This document shows, one piece after another, positions 1 through 12,361 of a DNA stretch of 64,000 nucleotides. The stretch comes from Macrostomum hystrix. Lineage: Eukaryota; Animalia; Platyhelminthes. How positions within the stretch are numbered: the stretch's first letter is position 1; each line of letters begins with the position of its first letter. The stretch is taken from NCBI GenBank assembly GCA_950097015.1, contig CATNEN010000001.1, positions 16,864,001-16,928,000 of the forward strand, in the 5' to 3' direction. The translations under genes and the position numbers were made by a program. The notes beneath the pieces are model-generated. The model did not search any database, had not been told where the DNA came from, and saw only the letters and a list, made by a program, of their open reading frames with translations.

Positions 1-235
1 TGCTTCCATGTTGATATAGCCGCACGGTTACTGTTGCTGAGCTGCTATCTCGATGGCAAACTAAATACTCGTAAAATAAATGCCCGAGGAGAAGAACAAC
101 AGCAAAAGGCGCTGCCCACATTGCAGCTGGCAAAACAGCTCTAGGAGTCTCGTTGGGGACGCGGCAGCGCAGAATAGAATCGAGAAGGACACAGCGATAG
201 CCTGACGAGACAGTTGGTTTGTCTCCTATTTGAAA

Positions 236-1893
236 ATGAAACACGTTGCGTTAGCCCTGAGCAGCACAACAGCTCATGGATTGCCCAGAGTAGTGGCAGA
301 GAAGCCCAAGTACGTTCGCCTCGCCTGGTTGCTTCTTTATATGTGCATGCTCGGCTTGTTCTTGAAAAACTTCAGCGAGTTTGTTGTCAGGCTGCAGTCC
401 AGCAAAGTGACCAGCTCCATTGCGTCGGAGGGTGAGCCTCTACAGTTTCCGGATGTATACATGTGCCTTGAGAACCCCATATCAGGCAGCTACTCAAAGA
501 ACATCGACGCTAGCACTGTGGCAGCAGTTCACGCGAATTTCAATGTTACAATTGAGCGGATGTTAAACTGGCTTGCTAAAAGAAATGTCAGTGAAGAACG
601 GCATCGTGAGCTAATGCAAAATAACAAAATATTGCAGCTATGGACTGCCCTACAAGCTGTTTTTCGAGGCTCTGGCTCACAGAAGCGAGCAGAGCATCAT
701 CTCAAGCAGCGTCATTTACATTGAGGACTCCGGACAACCAACCTCTACTGCACTGGAACCTGTCGAATTTTACCATCCTGTCTTCCTGCGCTGTCTGCAG
801 TGGGCCGTCAACGACACCTGGAAGTCAAAGATTATCGCAGAGGAGTCGTGGGCTGGACTAACGATCACGATACTGTTGGATACAAACCCTTCTTTCATTG
901 AGTCTAGAGGTTCTTCTATTGAAAAGAAGATCTACATTGCAGATGGCATTGTGATCAATCCGTCGGACTGGTCTCTGTCATTGAATCACTTCACAAGCGC
1001 TGATCGAGTGGCCGGGGTGAAGCTGTTTCTGAGTCCACCCGGAGAATACCCGTCAGAGTTTGTGACAACATTCACTTTGGGTCCGGGAAAGTACCACTCG
1101 GTGGGCATGAAAATGACAAAGTATGTGTCAGCAGTGAGCTCTTCGAACTGTATCGAAAATGAGCCAGACGTCCAATTCTGGAATCCGTACGACGGCTCTC
1201 CGTACACCCACGCGTACAGTTATTCGTACTGTTACTTCTATGAGTATCACGAACAGTTTCAAAGACTTTTAAACGTATCGGGTGGAATCAGCCCACTACC
1301 ATGGCCTTTGAGGAACCGAAATTTCATTTACAACTTGACAGTTATTCCGAACTATCTCTCGGTTCAGCACAATCAGTCGGTTTGGGATGAAGTGAAAAAA
1401 TTCACAGAAAATGTTCGTTCGGCTTGTAAGAGAAGGCGACCGTGCAGCACGATAGTTTACAGCGAGAGCATATCGAGTGCTGACTGGCCCACCAGCAGTT
1501 CACTCGAACCATTCCTCAACAGCTCTGTGAAGAAGGCGTGGATGAGGGCCAAGGCCAAGAACTTAAGCGTTCCAGCACTGGACTTTTTGATGACTGGAAA
1601 TGCGTCCAGTGTGGCATCTTACGTGCGCGACAACCTGCAGCTGAGTGCACCTGAGGCTGACCGGTGCTGCTGGAGATCGAATCATATTCTCTGTCGAGTA
1701 CGGCTTCTCAAACTTCATATCGGAGGTTGGCGGCATCATGGGAATCTACCTGGGCATGTCGCTGCTGACTTTGTGCGAACTGCTGGAACTGTTGCACAAC
1801 TTGGTGATGTCCCGCTGGTCAGAGATGGCAAAGGTGGATGGAAATGCTGTGCAATCAATCTCGACTGTGGCCTCTGAACCAGTTAAGAAATGA
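236..1893 (+). CDS. DEG/ENaC (ASIC/FaNaC superfamily) sodium channel, intronless, with two +1 frameshifts (about 660 and about 1640): pseudogene or assembly indels
   Basis: N-terminal STTAHGLPRV (HG motif), TM1, FPDVYMC, YHPVFLRC, Cys-rich thumb, and C-terminal FISEVGGIMGIYLGMSLLTLCE (TM2, GxS filter). Removing one T from the run at 660-664 and one base near 1640 joins three frames into about 551 aa. Confidence 0.85.
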
Positions 1894-2881
1894 ACGTCGT
1901 GGAAAATTGCTAGTTCAGGATTTTAATAGAATCATTCAATCAAAATAATAGTTAGCTGTCTTCAGGAAACTATGAGCACTTGCAAAAAATTTATTAAGTT
2001 TGTGAATTTAGGTTCAAAGCATTTAGTTATGGAGTTGCTTTTTGTTTAAACAATCATTAAAATATCATTAATTATTCGACAAAGAAGAGTGCTCCACCAA
2101 CTTGAGTTATTGAATCTGTTTTTTCAGCTGAAAAAAATACGCACTAGAAATATGCGACCAAAAGTTGAGACACACTTAGCTAGCTTGTGAATTCATTATT
2201 GATTAAATATTGTACAGTAATAACTAAATAGAAGTTGAACGTTTACTATAATGATTGTTTAAGCGCGTTTGGTACGACTATAGATTTAATACCTGTCCCG
2301 AACGTTTGAAATGTGCCGAAATCTATATGATCATAATGTCGCTACTAACTCGGTGTGACCTTTTAGTGTACACCTCAGTGTATACTCTGGTGGTGTTTCT
2401 ACGAAAGCTTTTTTTAATTACGTTTATCTGAAAGCATGTAAACTAAAAAATGTTTACGACCATTCTTTTTTTGCTATAGCGTGACGAAAATCCATCCGAA
2501 ATGACCACAATCAGTTTTTTTTCAGAAAGCGTCCACAGAGCAAACAGAAATTAAATCCGCTTTCAATATTGACCAATAATTTTTCATTTTTTCCGAGGAA
2601 GTCAAGATACATAGTTTCTATTTTCTGCTTGCATGAGCAAATACCTTTGCAACTACTGCTAGTAGCATAATCCGGAGAAAGTGTCATTTTCATCAGAAAC
2701 ACGCGCTTTTAACAGAACAGCAGCAGCTCATGGCCTGCTTCGATTGACCCTATTTGGATACGCAGTAAACAAAAATTTTTTCGTATTATTTGAAAGACTT
2801 GAAAAGCATAGTGCTGATTTTTGATTGGCTGTCCAGTTTTAAATTGATTTCTCTGGCGTCGCAGCTTCGCCTTCACTTAGG

Positions 2882-4344
2882 CTAGTGTTGCTTTTTTTTG
2901 GAGTAGCAGCGGCTGATGTGGGCGCGCATGCAATCGATGACAGTGTCGGGAATGACCAAGCAGAAGCTCTCCTTTGGCAGCTTCGCCAGGCGCACCTTGG
3001 CGACTGCTTTGCAGGTGGCTGCCCGGCCTTCGTCCAGTACCAGAGCTCGCTCGCCAAAGAATTCATTCTTGCCCATTCGCCTCACATGCTTCGAATTGAT
3101 GAAAACGTCCACTTCGCCTTCCATGATGAAGTACATGGCATCGCCTTTGTCGCCCTGAGCAGCATGTGACCAAAGTTTAACTCTGCTTCGTAAACAGCCA
3201 TTGCTAGTAAATTTTAAACAAGCATGGCCGTTGCGGACCATTTATTTACAGAACTATTTAGACAACTGTTTCGCCTCACCTGTCGACAGATTTCATCGTC
3301 GGCACTCAGTGTGACAACCTCGATCGCGTCAATCAGTTTGTTGGTGAGCGACGGGTCAAGATTGTCTCGAAACAATGGTATTGCTTTGATGACCTGTTCA
3401 AAGCGATCTGCATTGCTGATGGCTCGCTGCTTGCGCAGCCAGGCGTTACGCAATGCATCAAGCACCCACACGACACCATCGGTCACAGCGACGATGTTTG
3501 CAGCGCGAGGGGTATGATTTATAAGGGCCAGCTCGCCTGCCATGGAAAAAAGTATGTTTGCTAAGCAATCATAAATCATAAAAAATTTCAACTTTGGTAC
3601 AAAGCAGGTGCTATCATTTTAAAGAGATAACATTAACTCTCGACCCACCAAAGTAGCCATCACCGTCATAGTGGCGCATTGTCAGTTGAGAGCCGTTACT
3701 TGTTGGCACGGTGCACTTAAACTGGCCGCTGCTCACAACATAGAACGCATCTCCCGGACCTCCAAACTCGATCACTACTTCGCCAGCAACCACATTTTTA
3801 GTGTACATGTAGTTGGCAACCAGCTGAAATTTCGTTATTGCAAAAACTATTTTCTATTCAAAGTATCTAAGCTTACCTCGTGACTGTCTCTGATATAAAA
3901 GGTTCCACTATGACATAAAAATCCTCATCATTCGGTTCTCACCTCCAGCTCCTCAACATCATAGCCCTCGAACAGGACCACATTCCTTATATTCCGAACA
4001 ATCTTTGCAATATCCTCGGGACTTTTCGTAAAGTCTTTGTCAGCGTCGGCAAAGTCGTTCTCATTCAGCTCTTCCATGTCTATGGCCGAGATCACGCTGC
4101 GTCGGCTCGCGCCCATGTCGTATGTCGCTTCATTGGCCGGTGGAAAAGCGGGGTCGTTCTCAATAATATTGAAGTTGCCCGTTTGACTGTCTTGCTCACT
4201 TTGGCTATCAGCAGCATCCTTACTGTTGTAGTTGAAAATCGGACTGTCTATATAATCGTCTTCGACATTTGAGGGTCCATCTGACTCGGCAGTTTCAGGG
4301 GCAGAGTTAGGCGCTGACGGAGATTCGAGAATTGATGATTTCAT
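2882..4344 (-). CDS. cAMP-dependent protein kinase regulatory subunit-like protein (two cyclic-nucleotide-binding domains), 4 visible exons
   Basis: Exons 4344-3943, 3823-3649, 3536-3280 and 3154-2882 join in frame through GT-AG introns. PBC motifs YFGELALINHTPRAANIVA and FFGERALVLDEGRAATCKA; linker RRSVISA. The start is uncertain (an upstream exon is possible). Confidence 0.8.
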
Positions 4345-4542
4345 GACTGGTTGTTGCACTTTGAAAATCTATTTAACTGTGGTTTTGAGCACTCGGTAAA
4401 GAACTTGCTTGAGAGCAGTTTATTTCTAAATTTTGACTTGAAAAATCAGACTCAAAACTTGTGTAGAAATGCAATAATGTTTTGTCTATGGAACAATGGT
4501 AGATTTATGCCAGGCTTCCTAGTGCATTGATTTATGACCAAG

Positions 4543-5337
4543 TGATCGAGTTTCATTCGATTTCCAAAAAATTGAATAAAGTAAATACGAGCCAACACTT
4601 TTGCGCATGTGTGTGCGCAAGACCAGCTCCTTCGGCCCATAGACAATACCCGTCTGGGATTTACTGCATAGTAGCTCAGAAGAGGGATGGCACGGAGATC
4701 AAGTGGGGCAGCAAGTTGACTTGAGATGGTGTGGCAAACAACCCGCCTAATAGATTTGTCTAAGCTTCCTGGCGGCGTAATTACCGGCATGAAGGCAAGT
4801 GAGATTGAATCTCACTTAGACTGGCAGTCTGTGGTGTCGATAGTGGACGAAATCTGCCAAAGCGACCTGGCAACCGTGCTACCTGATGGTATGGAGAGGG
4901 TGTTTGACATGGTTCCGGGCACTACAGGTCCAAGTGAGGAAGAAGTCGCTGTAATGCAACTTGACGACAATCTAAAGGAGCTAGAGAAGGAAGTCGAGGT
5001 GCGTGGGACGAAGAGACAAGAAGAATTGTACGTCGGTATGTTTCGCCATTTTCTTGATGATTATCCGGCAATCGGAGTAAGTGAAGATTTGTGCACCAAG
5101 GAGACTCTGAACTATGCTCTGCGCTACTTCTATGGGACACGAAAGCGCCGGGACGGAAATCCTTACTCTCCAGCAACGCTAGTGTGTATACGTGCTGCCC
5201 TGTTCCGCCACTTCATGCGGCTGCGCACTTTCAATATTATTGACATATAACACTTGGTTATATGTCAAATGATCGAGTTTCATTCGATTTCCAAAAAATT
5301 GAATAAAGTAAATACGAGCCAACACTTTTGAGCATGT
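4543..5337 (+). mobile_element. Crypton/DUF3504-like (tyrosine-recombinase-derived) ORF fragment 4726-5250 between 68-bp direct repeats
   Basis: LNYALRYFYGTRKRRDGNPYSPATLVCIRAALFRHF resembles the region preceding DUF3504 in Crypton/ZMYM/QRICH1 proteins. Direct repeats at 4543-4610 and 5270-5337 differ at one base. Confidence 0.55.
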
Positions 5338-5871
5338 TCCAAAAACAGAAGAGCTCTACTTCGATAAAAAAACACTTTCATTACTTGTAATCTCGAAAAT
5401 GTCGAATCAATCCGAGTAATGTTACACCACTGAATACAGAGCTTTAATCCAGAACGAACCTGGGAAAGTCTCGAACAATTACAGCCAGAAAAAATTCATC
5501 TTCATGAAAACTGACATCGAAATTGACAAAATGTTTTCATGTTGTGTGGCCACACCCATCATCTTGACCATGAAAAAAAGTTTCGATAACATAGTTTCGG
5601 AGACAAGCATGCCATTGTGCCACAGAGAAATTTTTACGAGCGACATATTTACAATGGAATTAAAATACAATATAAAATTGTGGCTTCAAGGCATACTTTT
5701 CGTATGTCTTGAGAAGGCGGAAAGCCGTATTAATTTCCAAGCCAAATAAATTGAACGGCTGTGAAAGCTCCCAAAGCTAATAGCCCAATCACAACTTCTT
5801 TATCAGTAAGACTACCAATCCATTTTGCCACCCCATTTTATACCAAAAGAGGTAGTAGCCTAGTAAGACAT

Positions 5872-6169
5872 TGTAGCTTAGTGGTTAGGGCGTCGGACTC
5901 ACGACTTGAAGGTCGGGGGTTCGATTCCCGACTGCACTGAAACAATTTGTGTCCTTTAGCAAGACACTTAACTCTGCATTGCTTCAGTTCACCCAGCTGT
6001 TAAATGGGTACCAGCATTAGCTGGGATAATTGAAGGTGGGTGTGGCGTCCCCCAGTCCATGGACTGAACAGCTGTACGCAGCGTTCAGATGGGCCTCGCA
6101 ATAGCTGCGGCTGTGCTGTCGGCTGCACATCTGGCCCGATTGGGGCAGGTGTAATCAGTTATTATTATT
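5872..6169 (+). mobile_element. tRNA-derived SINE (family 1) with CORE-like central domain
   Basis: A-box gtagcttagtggttaggg, B-box ggttcgattcc, central gtgtcctttagcaagacacttaactct...ctgttaaatggg, (TTA)n tail. Confidence 0.75.
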
Positions 6170-7827
6170 AGTATGAGGGGGCAAAAAATCCCACAATGAT
6201 AATGGCAGCACCCGAATGCAAACAGCCTTGGGTGGTGACTGATTGGTTGACAGACTTGGCGAGGTTGTCCTGTGGTTGAGCTGCGCCTAATATTTCGGCT
6301 TGATCAGTGAAATTGGAGAAATTCGCGTCAGGGTGTCCATAGTGGCCTAGTTCCACCTGTTGTAGCCCTTAAAGGTTCAGCAGTCCGTCTAGATAAAGGT
6401 AGGTGACCACCGAAGACGGAGATATTAAAGGCACATTCGGGTGACATGCTGATACATTTTGAAGGCCTGGCAAGGTCGCACTAAGGCGCAGTGCTAATTC
6501 GTGTATAGGGGTGTATAAATACACTAGCGCTTATGGGAGAGATCTGACCTTCAGTCAGAACCATTGAATATCTCGATTGCCCAAAGAGCTGGTGCCTTAA
6601 TTATTGTTTCAGTAGATGCGCATCTACTGAAAGTTCTCCGTTCGGGTGCAACACAAGAATAGTCAGGGGGCCCTTGGATCAGTTCGACTCTTAACAACTG
6701 AAAACGAAGCTTTTCATTGATTGGATTCGGATTCGATTCAGGAGTCTCTCGGATAAGCATAATCTAACAATAACCAGATGAAGTCTCGGCCATAAATTTA
6801 TTTTACTTTCAAATACTTTACCTACTGTCGATTTTTTAATATCTTGAGATACTTTAAGACAATCGCCTTCCCCTGAAATATATCATTGCTCTCGCTATCA
6901 GAGCAGACGTAAAACTCAGACAGACCGACTCAAGACTGAAAGGCACAATGCCAATGGCCCCCCGTACTGTGTCCACTCGCTAAAATTTATGACGAAACTA
7001 TTGAAATTAGTCAATTGACAATGGGATTCCAACACGCCAACTCGTGCGTCAATGGCAAAGGCGAAGCGCACTCCCAAGACTGGTGGACTATGGAGCTGAG
7101 TGAGAGAGTTCTAAATATTAATAATTCTATTTTTTTCTCCGTATTTTGCGAATCCGCATAAAAGCGACACCGCTGGACGCTGAGAGACCTCTTCAAGCAC
7201 GTATAGAACAGGTATTGCACAGCACGGATTGTGACAGTCGATCCGCATTCAATCAATGAGGAATTTCTTCCCATTCCGCTGACTGCTAAAAGCACACGCG
7301 CACAGACACTGTACACAGGCACAAATTCAGCGGTTTAAAGTAGATCTGTCGGGCTCATTCAGTTTTTTCATTGTCGTTGTTGCTGTTGTTCCATTTTCAT
7401 TGTTTACAGAGGAGCCTCCAAAAACGTCTCTCAGGGTCAGGAACACTACTACAGCCATCCTGTGAGCATTAGCAAAAATTGCATGTTATCTTCAACTCTT
7501 GTTTCCAACTGACATATTCCGGATTTTTTAATCACTATATGATTAACATGAAGCCAATAGAAAGAGTGAACAAATATAAAAATTATTTGATGTTACTTTT
7601 ATATACTTGACTTGTAGGTTCCTGCTAGTTACAGAAATTCGTTTATTGATCAGTTTTCTCCTGACAAAAGTGCACTGTTGAAAAGAACCCGTACAGTACT
7701 AAACAGTAACTTCTAAATTCAATAAATTTATACATTTGAGCGATGTACAATAGAGTTCATTGAGCGAGCGAGTCGAGGGCGCAGTCCGGTCAGTAACCAG
7801 GTGTCAGAAACGAGACTCGCAGCGGCT

Positions 7828-8097
7828 CTACTTGCCGGGGCGCAGGGAGCGGTAGATCCTGTACATCCTGCTAGCGATGCGGTACACGCGCCTCCACCTG
7901 ATGCGGATGCGGCGCAGACGCAGCCACTTCTTCTCCAGCTCCATGGCCTTCTCCTCCGTCATGTTGGGCTCGTCCAAGTCGGCCAGAGCCTCCAGAGCCT
8001 GCAGCGACTCCGCGTCCTCTTCCGACATCTCCTGGCTGGGTCTGGCGGCTGCGAGAGCTGCGCAGAGCAGAAGACCGAGAGCGAACTGCCACCTCAT
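7828..8097 (-). CDS. Secreted cationic prepropeptide copy 1 (89 aa; mature WLRLRRIRIRWRRVYRIASRMYRIYRSLRP-GK), putative antimicrobial peptide
   Basis: ATG at 8097 in ACAATCATG context, hydrophobic signal peptide, acidic propiece, KK site, Arg-rich C-terminus, GK-stop. Confidence 0.85.
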   Translation of the reverse strand: MRWQFALGLLLCAALAAARPSQEMSEEDAESLQALEALADLDEPNMTEEKAMELEKKWLRLRRIRIRWRRVYRIASRMYRIYRSLRPGK

Positions 8098-9862
8098 GAT
8101 TGTGATGCTGCTGCTGTAGCTTGATGAAGCTGGTAGAGAAGCTGAGATCGAGTGTTTGGCTTGGAGAGGTCTCTCAGCGTCCAGCGGTGTTGCTTTTATG
8201 CACTCGAAATCGGCACGTTTTTCCGGTAGTTTCAATGCGTGGATGTGGGTCGTGTTTTTTCCTCGAATATTTTTTTCTTGGTACTTCAATGCAGTGTTGC
8301 TTATAGAAGCTGGATAGAAGCCGTCTCATTGTCTGCTATTGACGGTCAAGACCAAGCAGTATGAGCTTCGTCTCTATTGTGCCCGCGGTGAAGACTTTTT
8401 GTTATTTATTTTTTTGCCACCGAGTTCTTATTTTTAGCTCGGTTGAATGGCCCCCTTATTGCCATTGGCATTGTGCCTTTCAGTCATGAGTCGGTCTGTC
8501 TGAGTTTTACGTCTGCTCTGATAGCGAGAGCAATGATATATTTCAGGGGAAGGCGATTGTCTTAAAGTATCTCAAGATATTAAAAAAAGATGGAAACCAA
8601 AATGCAGAGAGTCTCATCTGGTTATGTCAAGCTAATCCGAGAGGCAAAAACGGATGTAACTCGTAAATAGAATCTTGCATGGCCAAATAATGAAATGACC
8701 TGTCTGTCAGTTGTTAGCAGTAGAAAAATCATGCTTTCCCCCAGGGGAGAGACCACGGGGCATTTCAAATACCCAGCGCCTACTTCACAAATTGCTCCTC
8801 AACCAAATGACGGATTTTGTGAAAGTCCACCATCTGAATCAACAGTTGCCGCCTTTTACGCTGAACTAACTGTCGATGCCGTACGTATCATTGAGATATT
8901 AGAGATTGTTGTCGAAGACCCTGGTGACAAGAACAAAGACCACATTGCTCTGAATTAGCCTCTATGGCGAATTGATTTCGGTTTAAAAGTTTATAAATTA
9001 ACAATATGATCAATACGATATATTTAACAATGATACTTGACTTGATAAAATTGTGTAAACAGAAAATATTTGCATATTTTGCGGAAATTTTCACTGACAT
9101 CTCGACGAGAATCGGTGAATATCTCGACGTTGTCGATGTTTTGTGATTCGGGAAGTTGTTTCATCGGATAGAGCAGAAAAATGTAGCCTGTTTTGGATTT
9201 TCATGGCGATCGGTTGAATAATTTAGGAGACACAGAAAAGATAAATATTAAGTGTATTTGAATTACCCTTATGGTATTTCTGGTGTCAAGCTCGAAAAAG
9301 AAGCTGAGATCGAGCTTGATTTTCAACTTATTGTTCAGAACGATAATAAGCTTATCCTCTTCCTTATCATGATCTCAGAGGCCGTACCAGACGCTAGCAT
9401 GCGATGTGTCGGCATTCTCAACACCCTCGTGTTGAGATAGATAACATTCTATGTCAACATTCATTCTACAGCACTACACCAACGTTTTCTTCTTGTCAAG
9501 TGGACTGACGTTAATACTGTTATTTCGACAAAGATACTCTGAGCAGACTTTTTCTAAATCGAGTCAGTTAACTTGCCGAAGGCTTGAGCAATCGCAGCTA
9601 AAAGAGAAAATGGCTGCGAACCCGAAAGAAGTTCAATGTTAATTAGTCTCAATATCTTGACCATGAAAAACAAGTTTCATTAAAAAAAGTTTCGCAGACA
9701 ACTATGCCATTGTCTCTAAGAAGAAGTGTCTAAGCAGTGACTTGTTTACTACGAAGAGCACAATACCACTGGGCATTGTGGCTTCAATTTATTACTTTGC
9801 CGCCCTTTAGAATGGCAGCTAAAAATAAGGAGGCCACAAGGCAACGCGGAAAACAATATCAG

Positions 9863-9900
9863 TGGAAAAACGTGCCGATTTCGAGTGCATAAAAGCGACA
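9863..9900 (+). promoter_or_regulatory. Putative core promoter of the peptide genes (GGAAAAACGTGCCGATTTCGAGTGCATAAAAGC, TATA-like CATAAAA)
   Basis: Conserved about 100 bp upstream of the ATG in all six intact copies; homology among different flank types starts at this block. Confidence 0.5.
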
Positions 9901-9990
9901 CCGCTGGACGCTGAGAGACCTCTCCAAGCCAAAAACTCGATCTCAGCTTCTCTACCAGCTTCATCAAGCTACAGCAGCAGCAACACAATC

Positions 9991-10263
9991 ATGAGGTGGC
10001 AGTTCGCTCTCGGTCTTCTGCTCTGCGCAGCTCTGGCAGCCGCCAGACCCAGCCAGGAGATGTCGGAAGAGGACGCAGAGTCGCTGCAGGCTCTGGAGGC
10101 TCTGGCCGACTTGGACGAGCCCAACATGACGGAGGAGAAGGCCATGGAGCTGGAGAAGAAGTGGCTGCGTCTGCGCCGCATCCGCATCAGGTGGAGGCGC
10201 GTGTACCGCATCGCTACTAGGGTGTACAGGATCTACCGCTCCCTGCCGTTCCCCGGCAAGTAG
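9991..10263 (+). CDS. Secreted cationic prepropeptide copy 2 (90 aa; mature WLRLRRIRIRWRRVYRIATRVYRIYRSLPFP-GK)
   Basis: Same architecture as copy 1; divergently oriented from it. Confidence 0.85.
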   Translation: MRWQFALGLLLCAALAAARPSQEMSEEDAESLQALEALADLDEPNMTEEKAMELEKKWLRLRRIRIRWRRVYRIATRVYRIYRSLPFPGK

Positions 10264-11659
10264 AGCCGCTGCGGGTCTCGCCTCTGACACCTGGTTACTG
10301 ACCGGACTGCGCCCTCGACTCGCTCGCTCAATGAACTCTATTGTACATCGCTCAAATTTATTAATTTATTGAATTTAGAAGTTACTGATCGGTACAGTAT
10401 GGGTTCCTTTCAAAAGTGCACTTTCGTTAAGAGAAAATTTTTAATAAACAATTTGCAGTAACATGACGGAACTTACAAGTCAAGTATACATTTTTTCTAA
10501 AGGTACTTCACCGCATTTTTATTCTATTTACTATTTCCATTGGCTTTTGTTGCGCCTGACGGAATGGCCGGGAGTTCGAAGCTAAAGCCCAGTGAAATGC
10601 GCAGAGTTAGTTCCCCGTAGCAAGACACAAAACTGCATGTGAAGCTTTGCTAATCTGTCACTAGCACATGGTGACGGGTATGTCTCTGTACTTTAAATCA
10701 AGCTGAAGTTTTTAGAAGTTTAGAGGCTTTTTAGTATTAGTGTTGCCACGACTTTTAACTTTCAAGATAATCATTTTTAACTTCTACACTTGACAAGTGT
10801 TCAATGTTAAAGAGAGAAATTAACGAAGGAAGAATATTATTAAGACAAAAATGTATGTAACGCGATGAAACAAGCGGGACATTTCCAGATTTTTTAGGGC
10901 AATTAGCGTTTGTTTTTTGGCTCGAGGCCTTAACGTAGATGTGTCCTTGTCATCTTAAGCCATTCAGTCGTTTAGATTTTTCATGGCAGTCCTTTGATTT
11001 TGCAGTTGATTTTGAAAAGTGAAGTGTTTCTTTGCTACGAGTAACATTTATTTATTGAAACGGTGTTGCAATATCCATTCCAACCACGCTTAAATGAGAA
11101 GTAGACCCCGATTTGGCTACACCACAGCTGTTTCTCGAGCCTCTGTCATCTGTGCAATGTAATTTGCCAGTAACTCTTTCGATTCTCAGTCTTTTTGAAC
11201 CATGCAGCGAGTGCCTGTCGATACTCTGTAGCGATACCCTGACTGAGATGACTGAGAAAAGTTCATTCTGCTAGTTTGAGAAGAAGGCGAGCAAAATTCA
11301 ATATTTCAGTGTGCGATAATTAATAGCGAGATATTATATAGCGATCAGGGGAGAGTGGTGGAAGGTGACACACAGGTAGACAAAGAGTATTAGAGAAAAT
11401 GAGTATGTACTTGCAGTGGAATAAAATAAGTGAGAACAAAAATATGGTAAACAAATTCTGATGCAAAATAAGTCTGACAACTCAAATTCACTTAAGTTCA
11501 TCGAGTCACTTAGATGAGCTACAGCAAAACGCCGCCTCACACCCCATGCTTCGGATGCGTATAACAAAATGCTGTCAATCGTGGCTGTGAATTAGGAAGA
11601 CAACTACTGTTACATGGTATTCAAAAAAGAAATATAAAACTTGCTAACATATTAACCTC

Positions 11660-11840
11660 AGAGATGAGACACAGGAGAGATGAGACACAGGAGAGATGAG
11701 ACACAGGAGAGATGAGACACAGGAGGAATGAGACACGGGAGAGATGAGACACAAGAGACACGCGACACGGGAGAAATGAGACACAAGACACGGGAGAGAT
11801 GAGACAAAGGAGGGATGAGACACAGGACAGATGAGACAGC
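11660..11840. repeat. About 16-bp minisatellite (gagatgagacacagga)
   Basis: Imperfect tandem units; reverse complement of the core of the 43.2 kb repeat. Confidence 0.8.
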
Positions 11841-12224
11841 GGGCTAGAGAGAGAACCTAAAAGACGATAGCGGGCCGCATTGACTTTAGAAATGTGAAAT
11901 AGGGGAAAGATGAGACAGGATCCTTTAGGTGTCGGAAGGGGCAACGGGCCGGGTTCGGGTGCTTCGAGGGTCGCATCTGGCCGACCCCTGCCTTAGAGCA
12001 ACAACGCCACTGACTTCAGGCCATCGTCTAATTTTATTATATTTGGAATCATCCATTTCTCATTAACGTTGGAGTCCTCGTTGCTCTACGGAACTCACGT
12101 TCCCTATAGCAATGCTTCACAAGCGAAGTTATGGCTTCCTAGTCTAACGAGGATAGAGTACGTCTCAACTCTAGGTTGCAGATTTCTTGCAAACGCGAGT
12201 GTCTTTAGGATAAATAGTAGACGT

Positions 12225-12361
12225 TGGCTCTCAAGGACGTAAATGGCACAACAAGCCTTCTCTCCAAGGCGGCGCCCAATTAAATGTAGTCTTAACGGGA
12301 AATCGAGCTCAGGAACATTAGCCAGAGAGGCAAACGTGTTAACCGCTCTGCCACTGACCCT
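12225..12361 (-). mobile_element. Degenerate tRNA-derived SINE (family 2) head
   Basis: Reverse complement resembles the 5' part of the SINE at 28944 (gggtcagtggcagagcggttaacacgtttgcctctc...ctcgatt). Confidence 0.6.

Noticed and set aside
5872-5945. tRNA gene
   Set aside because: No clean acceptor stem or terminator; it continues into a SINE body and (TTA)n tail.
7801-8124. Antisense and alternative-frame ORFs over each peptide gene (MSETRLAAA..., MRYTRLHL..., MAVRSRSS...)
   Set aside because: They are shadows of the GC-rich coding strand, often with non-ATG starts, and are not preserved in divergent copy 6.
8098-8289. N-terminal extensions of the peptide ORFs given in the ORF track (133-153 aa)
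   Set aside because: They start at TTG/GTG and run through the putative promoter; the signal peptide begins at the conserved ATG.
8695-9642. Short ORFs duplicated in both palindrome arms
   Set aside because: Their conservation is explained by the recent duplication; no coding signature.
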